A stretch of DNA of 64,000 bases from Octopus vulgaris (Eukaryota), in NCBI GenBank assembly GCA_951406725.2, contig OX597826.1, positions 43,400,001 to 43,464,000 on the forward strand, in the 5' to 3' direction. Position numbers and translations under genes: made by a program. Below are positions 26,065-40,421 of the stretch, piece by piece. Positions within the stretch are counted from its first letter, which is position 1; each line of letters begins with the position of its first letter. The notes beneath the pieces are model-generated. The model was not told the origin of the DNA and did no database searches. It saw only the letters and a list, made by a program, of their open reading frames with translations.

Positions 26065-26575
26065 ATATATATGTGTATGTATGTATGTGTGTGTAGATAC
26101 GTATACATGTGTGTATAGGTATAAGTGAGAATCTCCTTATTTACCTATAACTCTATCCCCCCTTTTTTTATATATATATATTTTTATATATATATTTTAT
26201 ATATATATTTTTATATATATATTTTTTTATATATATTTTTTATTTTTTTATTTTTTTATTTTTTTATTTTTTTATTTTTTTATTTTTTTATTTATCTATT
26301 CTTTCATCTAACTTACCACTGACTCCTTGACCACTCCCCCAAGTATGATATTTTGCGCTATGCCTACCCCCAAAAAGTCCCCCACCACCACTCCTTTAAA
26401 CCTGCCTAAATGTATAAATGCTAATACAATTCTTGTTAAATAGCTTCCTGAAGATTTCTCTTGAATGAAACAGTACTAGTCCTGTAGAAGCTCCTTCTAT
26501 ATAATAAATTAATTTTACTCTGCTATGTATTGAGTACCTTACTTACTGTGGTTAACCCCGAATCAACCCGGGTCC

Positions 26576-26578
<3 letters not shown>
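24424..26578 (+). mobile_element. non-coding PLE-derived element with 183-bp inverted repeats and microsatellite-rich interior
   Basis: 24468-24650 is the reverse complement of 26330-26512 (no mismatch seen); each arm has a hammerhead motif; flanked by (TA)n. Confidence 0.8.
26442..26492 (+). ncRNA. type I hammerhead-like ribozyme (inverted copy at 24488-24538)
   Basis: agcttc-CTGAAGA-t ttc tctt gaa t-GAAA-cag tactagtc ctg-TA-gaagct. Confidence 0.72.
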
Positions 26579-26618
<40 letters not shown>

Positions 26619-26619
26619 A

Positions 26620-27205
26620 GCACTTGATTGTGAAATCCCAGAGGATTTTGCAAGTGTTTGACTCCGCCACCCTCTGCGGTTTGTGCTCATACTACGTCTT
26701 GCTTCCCTCTAGCATCCACTTTTCGCACAGTTTCCAATGTAACACTTTCGCTACCTGGTCGTATCGCCACAACTTGTAATGGTTTTGGGTAAGACCAAGG
26801 CATTTGTTCGTGATATGATTAATGGTTTCATCCACTGTGTTGCAGATGTGGCACAGCCGAGACACTTGCTCATTCTTAAGGTTGATCCTGCAGTTCGTGG
26901 CCAATATAGTGCTCTCGGTCTCTTTTTTTAGGGTTCCTTTCATCAGCCAATCCCACCTATTTTTTCTAGCAGCTTCTATTGTGGCTACCTGGAATTGATT
27001 GTGTAGTTCCTTGTTGCGTAATTCTTCTTCATGTCATTTTTATATTTCCTCCCTTGTTTTCCCTTTTTTCTGCTTTCAATACTCCCTCATTCCTAACTGA
27101 CATTAGCAAAATTTCCTTACTTTGGGCTAGGTATCTCATTAAGCTCTCCAGTTCGATACGCATGCAGTCTTCTACACTTATCAGTCCCCTTCATATATTT
27201 ACTCT
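26620..27205 (-). pseudogene. R4/Dong-like non-LTR retrotransposon fragment (CCHC knuckle region)
   Basis: WLMKGTLKKETESTILA...CHICNTVDETINHITNKC..L....YK.WRYDQVAKVLHWKLC...YEHKP...KILWDF. Confidence 0.8.
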
Positions 27206-27312
27206 CTTCCATCTTTTCGGGGTCGATTAAATAAGTACCAGTTACGCACTGGGGTCAATGTAATCGATTTAATCCCTTCCTCTAAAGTTTGATGCCTTGT
27301 GTTCCCAGTAGA

Positions 27313-27380
<68 letters not shown>

Positions 27381-27382
<2 letters not shown>

Positions 27383-27700
27383 TTTCTTCTTTCTTCAAAT
27401 TTTCTTCCGTTTGTCGCCGGGTGTTTTCCGTACACCTAGGGCAGAGAAGCTCATTGCATGCATTCCCAGATTACACGCGCAAATTCACAGGTAAAATATG
27501 TATTTAAAAATTAATAAATAGATAAATTCATGAATAGATGTTGTTTTCAAAGCGATAATGCTCTTCCCAGTACATGAGCCGTTCCAGTTAATACGATTTT
27601 TTGCACTTCCTGTAGGGATGGTAAGCCTGTATCATTTTCAAATAGGTTTCAGTACCTTTACCAGTTATCATTCCTACATACCAGAGCCTTCATTTATTCC
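27381..27700 (-). mobile_element. 3' end of Dong-like LINE inserted in (AAT)n
   Basis: Reverse complement encodes ...SLQEVQKIVLTGTAHVLGRALSL* plus a 3' UTR; long (ATT)n on both sides (27316-27380, 27701-27846). Confidence 0.78.
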
Positions 27701-27848
<148 letters not shown>

Positions 27849-28604
27849 CATTGTCATCTGTTGTCCGTTCCGTTATATATAGCTATTTTGATTATAACTT
27901 TTCAGAAAGCAATATCTCTAACTGTTACTAAGTTTCTGGATGTAGAATATTCTTGCATTTAGAAAATCTACACGATTCTCGTAATCCTTTCAAAATGATA
28001 GAGTTTTCTTTTCTTTTTTTTGCTTTTATATATAATATATCTTATTGATAAAAAAAAATAAAGAGAAGAACAAAGTTAGATATAAGAATCGAATACTGTG
28101 TATTAGAGTTCGGTTGTACAGTAAATTATTGTTGTCTTGCGTGATATATTCTAATAACAGGAAAGTAAAAGAGAAAAATATAACAAGAAAAATATAGCAA
28201 GATAGATATGTCCTACTAAGTTCTATACAAGCGCACTCACAAACAAATAAACACGCAGAGAGAGGCATACACACAAACACACGCATAAAAACGCGCACAC
28301 GGACACAAACACACAAATACACGCGCGCATGTAAATACACACACACACATACTTACATTTATAGATTGTATGTATGTATATATATGCATAAATATACGTG
28401 TGTATATACATGCACAAGTGTGTATATGCATCTATACATAGATATGCGCGTACAAATACCTATGCATGTACACATACATATGCGTATAGATTTATGTTTA
28501 TGCGTGTATGTATAAATATACGTATATACAAACGTGCATACACACACACACACTTTTATATTTACACACTTTCTATATTTACATGCATATATTATATATA
28601 TATG

Positions 28605-28658
<54 letters not shown>

Positions 28659-28959
28659 ACATGTATATAAATATAGTTGTATATATATGTGCCTTGAGTA
28701 GATAAGCAGATATATGTATTCATATATATCAATGAATATGTGTATGTATATATGTATGTATGTATGGTTGTATACATACATATGAATACTCAGACACAAA
28801 CAAGTGTGCTTTCAGTGTTGTTTGTGTGTGTATTGTTTGTGTGTGTATATGTGCGTGTATGTGTGTGTATATGTGTGTGCATGCGTGCATTTATGTGTAT
28901 GTATATGCGTGCGTGTTTGGTTGTGTGTGTGTGCGCGCGTGTGCCCGTGTGTGTGTGTA

Positions 28960-29003
<44 letters not shown>

Positions 29004-29785
29004 CGTGTGTGTGTGTTTGTTACAAAATAAAAAAAATTATCATATAAATTATTAAAGGAAACTCAGGAAAGGAAGTGTACATGATAATTAGGTTACGATA
29101 TTGTCACTACTCCAATGTTCTTAATACTACAGAGCTGACTTCATTGAAACAAAATATGTTTCTATACGAAGGATTTTCTTCTTTACAGCAGCTCAATATA
29201 AGTCAGATATCTATTGTCAATATATTGTCAATATGGCAGCTAATATGAAATACAATCACGTATGAACTTCCATATCATTTCCTTATTACTTGTATAAGGT
29301 ATTAAGATGATTTCATTTTTATTATGATTTACTTAACCTCGCGTATTTCTGTGTTGAGTACTGAAAATTTACTACATGCTAAGATAAACAATACAGTCAA
29401 TTTTTTTTGTTCTGGCATTTTCTCATAAGTGTGTTGCTGTTGTTCTTGTTGTTGTAGCTGGTGCAATTTCTATTCTATTAATTCGATGAGTTTATCTTAA
29501 TAAACGTCTAATTTATACAAGTACATTCTCTATTCGTTATCAAACAAACGGCAATCAGAAAGAAACTTGAAGTTATTAACAGACAAGCAAACCTTGTCTA
29601 TTTTTATACAATTCATCAATGCGATATACCATTATTATCATCTCACGTATATTTATTTCTTTATATATTTTTTTTATTTAAATCTATTTATTTTCGCTTG
29701 TTATCATTCCATTACTTTTTCGGGAAACATCCGTTACGATAATAATGACAGAAATATTACTTCATTAAAACGTATCTATGTTAAA

Positions 29786-29863
<78 letters not shown>

Positions 29864-29922
29864 CACACACATATATATATATATACATATGTATATACAT
29901 ACACATATATACACATGTATAT

Positions 29923-29963
<41 letters not shown>

Positions 29964-29985
29964 TGTAAATATATATACATATATA

Positions 29986-30039
<54 letters not shown>

Positions 30040-30183
30040 TATATACATATGTATATACATACATACATATATATATATATATACATATATATACATATAT
30101 ATACATATATATATATATATACATATAAATGTATATATGTATATATATGCATATATGTATATTAATATATAAACATATATATG

Positions 30184-30272
<89 letters not shown>

Positions 30273-31029
30273 ACACACACATATATATGGACAGAATAAT
30301 AAAGTATATTCATGGAACACAAATGCAAATGTTATCAGCCGCAAGGATGATACTGGCTTTGGTCGGGGGGTGGGGGTGGAAAGCTAATACATTTTTACAT
30401 CTATTTGCGTCCACTAGCAAATATATATTCGGTTATTAATATAACGACACACATTTCCATAAATCAGCATTTCTCTTGAATTGTCTCTCTCTTGTTCATT
30501 ATCGACTTAGCTTATTAGCTGGAGAAACAAGAGATGAAGGCCAGAGATTCCCCACTGAGACTTAACCTATAGCAGTTGAATTATTACGGAAAGCTATTTC
30601 AACTATTAAAAGCAATTCTCGTATTTACAGATCCTATTAAACCATGTGTGCGATCAATAAAAGCATTGATGAATATATTCTGAACGTTCCATATTTATAG
30701 TATAATATTGTTTTCTTACATAAGTACATGGTTTCAGATTTACTTGGACAAACTAAATTATATTGTGCGACTTCGGCTTTCGTGTCTTTCTCCGTTGCAG
30801 GAATAATGTAAATGCAAATAAAGTGAATTGATCTGCAGTCTCAGTTCCCCGAAGAGTATTTTTTTGTCTGTGTTTTGAAGTTATAGTAATATATCTGTTA
30901 CATAATAATGTTAATAATGAGCTTGTTGTATACATATACTGCTCAGACGGCACTTACATCTCGTCGAAATATAAAAGAGACAGAAAGCATCAATAAATCA
31001 AGTAAAGAAAAATACTATTGCATGCAAAA

Positions 31030-31535
31030 GTGCATGCATAGTACACAGGATTAAGCACAACCCACCTGCCCTAATGTGGACAGTAAAAGAGTCACAAAGA
31101 GAAAAAGGTGTACAGGCAAATTAAGGGGAATGTTGGTGAATTTCGTAAAATGTGGGTTTTTTGAACGGTGCGGTGTTCTGAAAGCGAACAACCAACGCGG
31201 GTAGTTTATTCAATGCTTCGTTAGTATACACTGCTTAGGTGCACTACACCTCGTTGGGAAAGGGCTCAAAGGAGGGGACAGAAATTGCAATAAGCCAACT
31301 AAACAAAAGACAGTAATAGTAGCCAAATGTACATGTATAGTATACAGAATAAAACACAAAAGACAAAACGAAAAAAAAAAAAAAAAAGAAATGAACAGTG
31401 AAGAGGAAAGGTGGTGCTGTCATGTCCGGAATGGTGTTGGCGAATTTCAAGAAATATGGAATTTTTTTAGGAATGCCGTGTCCTGACGGCTAACAGCCGA
31501 TGTGGGTAATTTATTCCATGCTTTGTTAGTATAGC
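31030..31535 (-). mobile_element. two tandem CR1/L2-like LINE 3' ends
   Basis: Two diverged copies whose reverse complement encodes an A(W/L)NKLP..(A/V)V motif followed by a similar UTR. Confidence 0.5.
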
Positions 31536-32372
31536 TTTAGTCCTGCCGATGCAGGCTTCCCTGCAAGCGGCAGGAAACTTACTTGGGTGCTCGGATGAGG
31601 AAGACGAAGAATAATGAAAAATATATTTTTGTAATTTGCAATTGTAATTTTTGAATTTTTGCGACTATAATTTTGGTTTGTATTGATTTAAATTGAACAG
31701 TGATTTCGAGGGGTTATCGGTCGGCGGGTACCGGTGCCCCTCCCATTTTTTTCCATCTTTGTCGTTTTCATATACATTTATGTCTCTGTCCAGCCCGCAG
31801 CTACCTTTATCTGTGTTCGACCTTCAAGGTCAATTCGATAAAATGAGATAGTATAGCTTTAGTTTCAGCTGTGCTCTTTCATTCGCTAGTGTTGGTTCGC
31901 AGAAAAATACAGGCTGCAGCTCAGAATAAGAAGTTACATATATTCTTTTGTAAATCTTTTGTAAATCATTCCTAAATGTCGCGACTAACTCAATAAAAGT
32001 GATTCACTATTTGAAACTTACATCTCAAACTGTCAAAGAGAAAAATATTCGTCAAAATTGAAGATGTTAACGCAAGTTGCAACAATGTGTATATTTTCAC
32101 ATTTGCCAACGAAAATGTTGAAAAATGTGTCTATTTATACCAAATAATTCTACACAAAATTTACTGTGTGTTAGCAATGAATTTAATATATAAAAAAATA
32201 ATATTTTGAATTAAATCTAACATAATGGAAGCTACAATATATTTGTAGAAGCGACAGGGTATCTGATTACACACAAATAGATAGCTACGTTAATACACCC
32301 ACCTTTTTGCATATATGTATATATCTTAGAATAAATACATACGAATATGTGATTATGTGTAGCTTAGACATA

Positions 32373-32443
<71 letters not shown>

Positions 32444-33029
32444 TGTATGTATGTGTGTGTGTGCTTGTATAAGTTCTATGTCTATTTTTTTCCTTTCTTT
32501 ATACACAAATATGTTATAATATGCTGCTACATACACACAATTATTAATCCATTTCCTTCTCTATCATTCTGTCTTTGTGTGTTGTTTTTATATACATGTA
32601 CGTAGAGAGGGAGAGAGGGAGGAACAGAACTGGAGACGGGAAAGAGAAGGAGGAGGAAGAGAGATTACAATAAGAAATTCTATTAATGTTTGAATTAATG
32701 CTGTGATATACTTGTTTCGTATTGCCGAAGGATAAACAAGAAAATCAATATTTAAGACATTAAATTTTAGTCATAACAGTAAACATCACGCTAGCTGTTA
32801 ACAATATGGTGCATTAGATAGTTTTACTGTTTCCACTGATAAGATAAGGTGTTGAACACAACAAAATAGTCGGTATAGTTATAGTGTTGATTCTACACTT
32901 GCTAGTTCTGAGCCAAGTAACTCCACTAACAGCAAAAACTAACGCCATTCTAGCATTATATTTCACCTCTTTTGTTTATACAGTCATACACGTATAAGTA
33001 TGAATATACATACATGTATACTTATACAT

Positions 33030-33180
<151 letters not shown>

Positions 33181-33385
33181 TCTGTTCTTTTCTATTCTGT
33201 AATGTATATAGCTTCCTATGAGTACACATGGCATGCGGAAGTCGCGGATGTAGATATCTCTTAACGTTCTAACATGGCGTCACAGCAGAAACAAAGAAAT
33301 AAAAATGAAAATACCGATCAATTTCGTAATATTTGTGTCAGAGTATGAAAATAAAGCAAAAAAATACCCTAGGCAACAAATGAAT

Positions 33386-33420
<35 letters not shown>

Positions 33421-34461
33421 TTCATTTATTTATTTATTTATTTATTTATTACTTGGTAACCAACATTTTCCATGATAAATGAGAATTGGAATTACATATT
33501 AATGAAATTCTTTATATTAACCTTCTGGAAACTAAGTCGAATCTCTATTTGCAACATTTGACTATTTACCTTGCGTAATGATATAACACAACAAGGACAG
33601 CACGAACAATACCTAAAAGATTCACGAAAAACTCTTTCATAGCAATTTGAAAGCTTATATTTCTGAAAATTGTCATCATTTTCATAGACGTGACATTTTC
33701 CATAGAAGAAATAACAGGACTAAAATGCTGAAATGGATTCTTCATGTTGATGTCGTTGATTAGTTTGCCAAGAGTAACTTCTTTAACAAAACAGGCCATG
33801 ATTTTCCTTAAAATTACATTGAACTTCAAACATTCTGAAAAACCATCATTACACTGCAATAGAAAACACCATGCTTTTATTTCTCAAATCACATTAAATA
33901 AGACACCTATCACAAGGCATTGCTTTCAAACCTTTCTTATTTAATATAACGCTGTCGGATATTGATACAATATTTCAGAGCGCTTTAATCATCTTTTCTG
34001 CAAGAACATTAATGACACTACAAATTTAAACCATATATTCCCAGACACGAAGCCGTAACACGATGTTAAGTTCCATAAAATGTTATACTATATATCCTTA
34101 TAGGGAAAGAGAAATAAAAGCAATTTTACAGCATGATACGATATTCAAAAACAAAAAACAAACAAACAAACAAACATGCAACCCCCCCCCCCCCAAAAAA
34201 ACCCCAAAAAACATTTAGCATTTAGAAATAACACTTTCGCATTTAGAGGTACTCTGAACAAGAATTACTGCACGTTGTTAAGCATTATCACAAATACCTG
34301 AAGATAATTCCAACTGCTTCCAACATTTCCAAAATCCTATCTCTTCAATGTTTCACAATCTATTTCCCCCCAAACCCCACTATAACTTTCCAGAAAAATA
34401 TTTACCCCACCGGTAATTGAAAAGTCAAAAAATAATTATTTTTAATATTTTATCCCAATTA

Positions 34462-34675
34462 AGGTGGCAAACAGGCAGAATAGTTAGCACGCCGGGCAAA
34501 ATGCTTAGCAGCATTTCTTCCGTCCTTACGTTCTGAGTTCAAATGTTGCCGAGGTCGACTTTGCCTTTCATCCTTTTAGGGGTCGATAAAATAGGTACCA
34601 GTTGAGTGTTGGGGTCGATGTAATCGAGTCACTCCCTCACCTGAAATTGCTGGCATTGAGCCAAAATTTAAAATC
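34462..34675 (+). mobile_element. SINE family A, T1-tail copy
   Basis: Head, core and tail TTGCTGGCATTGAGCCAAAATTT. Confidence 0.8.
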
Positions 34676-35426
34676 AATATTCTATTATAATTTCTTAATA
34701 TAAAAGGATCTACCGGTGACCCTTTTATTAAGAACTGAGTAGAAGAATAGAAAAAACATTATGGATTAGATATGGGTCAATACATGGGTTGAGTCTCCTG
34801 TATTGTGTTGTCAGATAAATTCGCTCGTCCTCCCTCTCTCTCTTTCTCACTATATATATCTTATTTTAATTCTTTCCTAACACGTAAAATACTTTTGTCG
34901 TTTAATGGTTTTTTTTTGTAGCTTTATTCATTCTGAACAGCTTTTCTTTATTGTTTTTGAAATTTGTATAAATTGTATCGCTTTCCAGACATATGACGAC
35001 GGCATACCAAGTAGAAAAAACAAAACAGAACAAAAAAATGAACGAATTTATCTGCCCCCAGTACTTAATGAACATCGATTTCATTTAGAAATATGATAAT
35101 CAAGACTTTAAAATCTGTGCCTAGGGTTAGTTTAATTAGAATAACGGCAAGTGTAAAAACAACAAAAAACAAATTGGTTAATATCAATTTTTAGTTTAGG
35201 TATAAGAACAGCAATTTAGGTGAAAAGGGGTCAATCGATTAAATAGTCCCTAGTTTTGACTAGCGTTATTACTTTATGAATTCCCCAAAGAATGAAAACA
35301 GCTGACCTCGGTTTGACTTGAACTCAGAACGTAAAGATCCAATACAAATACTGTAAACCACTTTTTCTAACGTTCTAGAAGATTCTGCCAATCCAGCGCC
35401 TTCTTGTTAATAACTTGTCCATATAA

Positions 35427-36040
35427 GGCGGCGAGCTGGCAGAAACGTTAAGCACGCCGGGCGAGATGCTTAGCAGTATTTCGTCTGTCGCTACGTTCTG
35501 AGTTCAAATTCCGCCGAGGTCCACTTTGCCTTTCATCCTTTCGGGGTCGATTAAAAAAGTACAACTTACGCACTGAGGTCGATATATTCGACTGAATCCG
35601 TTTGTCTGTCTTTGTTTGTCCTCTCTGTCTTTAGCCCCTTGTGGGTAGTAAAGAAATAGGTATTTCGTCTGCCGTTACGTTCTGAGTTAAAATTCCTCCG
35701 AAGTCGACTTTGCCTTTCATCCTTTCGGGGTCGATTAAATAAGTACCAGTTACGCACTGGGGTCGATATAATTGACTTAATCCGTTTGTCTGTCCTTGTT
35801 TGTCCCCTCTGTGTGTAGCCCCTTGTGGACAGTAAAGAAATAAGAATCGTTAGCACGCTGAGCAATAATGCTTAATGGTGTTTCGTTCATCTTTACGTTC
35901 CGAGCTCAAATTCCACCGTGGTCGACTTTGCCTTTCATCATTTCGGGGTCGGTAAAGTAAATACTAGGTGAATATTGGGGTTCGATGTAATCAACATAGC
36001 TCCCACTACCGAAAATCTTGGCCTTGTGCTAAAATTTGAA
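35427..36040 (+). mobile_element. SINE family A tandem trimer (T2, T2, T1)
   Basis: Body repeated after the GAAATAG|GTATTTCG junction at ~35659; third unit is older. Confidence 0.85.
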
Positions 36041-36609
36041 ACCAGTAATTGTTTTATAGTTAGGCTGGTGGCTAGGAGCTTTAGAGCAGGGGCTTGACTG
36101 CTACATAATTTTATCGACATTCAAAAGGATGAATGCCAAAGGTGGCCTCTTTGGGATCTGAACTCAGAATGTAAAGAGTCAGAAGAAATACTACAAGGTA
36201 TTTATTCTGACCCTCTCACGATTCTACCTGTTCAACGCCCTCACTACATGATAAGAGTAACTGCAGCTTGATGGAGTTTCAAGACACATTGAGCTCCATA
36301 CACCATAATATTAAGAGGAACAGTAGATGAAATTAATGGAACAGATGTATTCAAAGACAGGCACTATACACCTTCTCTGTGAATGCGGCATGAATAATTT
36401 GTTAGACTCTTTCAAAAACCACTTCTACTAACTACGCTAAAATACATTTTAAATTTTCTATTGTATTATTATATTGTGTTATATTACTTTAAATTACATT
36501 ATATTATATTATATTATATTATATTATATTATTTTATATATTATATAATGTGAATATTATATTATATATTATATATTGTGAATATCATATTATATATTTT
36601 ATAGTGTGA

Positions 36610-36932
36610 AGGCGCATGGCTCAGTGGTTGGGGCGTCGAACTTAAGATCGTGCGGTTGTGACTTCGAATCCCAGACCGGGTTGTGTATTGTGTTCTTCAG
36701 CAAGATACTTTATTTCACTTTGCTCCAGTTCACTCAGCTGTAGAATTGAGTTGCGACGTCACAGGTGCCAAGCTGCATCGGCCTTTGCCTTTCCCTTGGA
36801 TAACACTAGTGGCGTGGAGAGAGGAGGCCGGTATGCATGGGCGACTGCTGGTCTTCCATAAACAACCTTGCCTGGACTTGTGTCTCAGAGGGTACCTTTC
36901 TAGGTGCAATCCCATGGTCATCCGTGACCGAA
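36610..36932 (+). mobile_element. tRNA-derived SINE family D
   Basis: GGCGCATGGCTCAGTGGTTGG...CTTCGAATCCC...GTTCTTCAGCAAGATACTTTATTTCAC. Confidence 0.75.
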
Positions 36933-37158
36933 CGAGCTGGCAGTAACGTTAGCACGCCGGGCGAAATGCGTAGCCGTATTTCGTCTGCCGTTACGTTCCG
37001 AGTTCAAATTCCGCCGAGGTCGACTTTGCCTTTCATCCTTTCGGGGTCGATTAAATAAGTACCAGTTACGCTCTGGGGTCGATATAATCGACTTAGTCCG
37101 TTTGTCTGCCCTTGTTTGTCCTCTCTCTGTTTAGCCCCTTGTGGGTAGTAAAGAAATA
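36933..37158 (+). mobile_element. SINE family A, young T2 copy
   Basis: Near-consensus body and T2 tail. Confidence 0.85.
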
Positions 37159-37742
37159 AATATTATATATTACTACAACTGGTTAACAAAAGCATTGTTA
37201 TAGGTTTCGAGTTGGCCAATAAGTGGTTCACTGCATTTTCGACAATGAATGTGAAAAGGGAGACATGTGTAGCTCGCCACAGAACAAACGTCAGAGGACT
37301 TCTTTTGCAAAGAATTGCTTCTTTTTGGGATTTCCTGGAGATATTCCCCCGGCCAACACATACATATACACACGCATACACACACAAACGCATACACATA
37401 TACGCATGCATACACACACACACACACACACACATGCATACATACAAGCACACACACACACGAACAAATGAACATCTTCTAAATTGTGACGTGCGAAAAA
37501 AAAATGGATTTAGAATTTACAATTTTTATTTGAAATCTTTCGCTTTAGTTTTGCCCTTAATAACTTGCAGAAAAAGCTAAAATGCCACAAGGTAACTTAA
37601 AATATCTCTATCGTATTTCGAAATAATAATAATAATAAAAAAAAAGCCTTAACTATTTATATAGGCAAACGAAAACAAATAGAAGATACATACATAGATA
37701 CATAGACACATACATGCATGCATACATACATACATACATACA

Positions 37743-37776
<34 letters not shown>

Positions 37777-37851
37777 CATACATACATATATACATACATA
37801 TATGCATATATATATATATATATGTATGTATATGTATATATATATATACAC

Positions 37852-37918
<67 letters not shown>

Positions 37919-39384
37919 AAATAGAAGCTGACGTGATATTAGGTTATTTTTTAAATCTAGACTACGGGGTTACTGAGCTCACAATTTTAGGAAGTCTTAG
38001 AGGAATTTAAAAAGGAGTAAAAGGAAAGGAGAGAGAAAAAAATTTATCCAAAGGAATTTTGAATCCTGATAAGGAATGTAAGTTTGATTCAGCATACTTA
38101 CTTCGGCGTCATGTTTCTGTCTTTCATTGAAACACGTTTCATTAGGCGAATGAATGTATAGAAATCGCCTGCTTTCTCCAATTGCTGTGACGTCACGTTG
38201 CCAGGCATCCGATATCTTGTTATAGAATATATACAAATAGAAACATTTAAAGGACACACCAACATTGTTATTTATTCCTCAAAACTTGCGTGTATATAAT
38301 ACATTAAATGTATAAAAAAGATGTACAATGTGTGTATGGTTATTTACACACATACGAATATATATATATGCATCTATGTATGTACGTACGTGCATATATA
38401 TGTGTATATATATATATATAAATACACATAGGCTATAAGACGATAACGCTACCGACAGGCTAAAAGAGAAATAAAAGGTCTGAAAAAATGGCTGAAGACA
38501 TTTATAACACGCGCACATATGTAGGCATTTTTATAAACATATATTCGGTTAACTAAAAAGAATATCTCGGGAATTGTAGGTGAAAATCATCAGAGGCTAG
38601 CTATTAATTCATACCTTCCCTGTCGAACTACAATAACGTCAGGCAATTCATTATTTTAAAGTAATTTTATTTCCCCCTTTAATCGAATAAAACTTATATG
38701 AAACTATAACGATGGCTAACACGCAACCCGGATTTCTGTTTATATATAACAGTCGCATGTAGTATGTGTGGTTTTGATGATTCTGTCTAATCTAATCTAA
38801 TTTTATCATATCTTTCAGAATTCTTTAGAACTATAAAGCTTTCAAACGTGTATGTAATACATTCATTGATTTTGAACTGTTTCAAAGTCGCATGCAATAA
38901 AAATGGATGATAAATGATTATAAAATATATTTTTAACTCTTGAAAACTGAATTGAATAGAACATTAAAGAATGGCTTTTGTCTTAAATGTTGCTACATTC
39001 TACGGTCTGTTTGAGAAGCGGTGTACAGGATAAGTGTATACGGAACATACACCAATAAGTAAGAGCGATTTTATTCGTAGGCTTTTAAGTTTACCATTCT
39101 CAAATTTATATTATTTCAATCAACTGCATTTAGATTCTAGATAATATTATCACCGTTTATATTATTCCAAATAGAAGTCTAAACTTTTGAAATGTTGGCT
39201 CAATTTAGCTCCTCAGCACTTATATATATATATAAGTTTTACGCGGAATATAGTTTTACGTGGACTATTTCGTTTGCTTGAAATATTATGTCCATGCAGG
39301 CTGCTCTACTTAGACGTTGCTTAATAAATGTGTTTAACCATTTGCCTGTTCTGTGTATCATACGTGATCAAAAAATGATCAAGT

Positions 39385-39630
39385 GTCTTTCCCCGAGTAA
39401 TAGCCTCATAGGGCCAGTTTCCCGGATTTTGTGGCATATATATTCCCCTGCACTGCATGGGACTCTGATCCATCGCAGGATTACTTATATTTGCCAGCTA
39501 AGTGAACTGGAGCCAGGGGAAGCGAAATGTTTTGCTCAAGAACACAACGTATCACTCAGTCCAGGAATTGAAACCACAATCTTGTGATCATGAGTGCAAT
39601 ATCCTAAACAATAAGCCACGCGATCCACAT
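39385..39630 (-). mobile_element. SINE with family D head and the tail type seen at 21495-21592
   Basis: Reverse complement ...GTTCTTGAGCAAAAC...CCTGCGATGGATCAGAGTCCC...GCCACAAAATCCGGGAAACTGGCCCTATGAG. Confidence 0.65.
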
Positions 39631-39839
39631 TACATGTAATACACAGGACATAACATATTTTCTTGACGTCCATGCATCATATATGATACACTTCCCATTT
39701 TTTTTCAACTACCATAGTAACTTCGGTCTTATGAAAGGAAAGCTTTATATGACTCAGAACTTAAGACACAAGGGCTGACAAAATGTCTGTAAACAAACAT
39801 AGTTATTCAGAACAAACTTATGAATATAATTTGGACAAA

Positions 39840-40190
39840 GGCGGCGAGCTGGCAGAAACGTTAGCACGCCGGGCGAAATGCTTAGCAGTATTTCGTCTGC
39901 CGTTACGTTCTGAGTTCAAATTCCGCCGAGGTCGAGTTTGCTTTTCATCCTTTCGGGGTCGATAAATTAATTACCAGTTGCATACTGGGGTCGATCTAAT
40001 ATTTAAAGGCGGCGAACTGGTAGAAACGTTAGCACGCCGGGCGAAATTCTTAGCGGTATTTCATCCGTCTTTACGTTCAACTTTGCCTTTCATCCTTTCG
40101 GGGTCGATGAATTAAGTACCAGTTGCATACTGGGGTTCGATCTAATCGACTGGCCCATTCCCCCCAAATTTCGGGCCTTGTGCCTAGAGT
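39840..40190 (+). mobile_element. two tandem SINE family A copies
   Basis: Heads at 39840 and ~40008. Confidence 0.8.
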
Positions 40191-40265
40191 AAAAAAGAAT
40201 ATGCTTTGGACATGTAAAAGATTAAAAAAGCAAGTTCCACAGAACACGTACTACTATGTAAAATA

Positions 40266-40421
40266 CCGTATTTACTCATATATAAATCGCCCCACTAACT
40301 CTAGGTTACAAAATATTTTCCTTTCATAGTTTTAGCTTTACCTCGGATATGCGTGGCACCACTCGCTTATCCAGTTAAAATCAGGTATAGAAGAGCATGA
40401 CTTATACACGAACTAATTCGG
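40266..40421. mobile_element. Tc2/pogo-like MITE
   Basis: TA-CCGTATTTACTCATATATAA ... TTATACACGAACTAATTCGG-TA imperfect TIRs. Confidence 0.5.
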
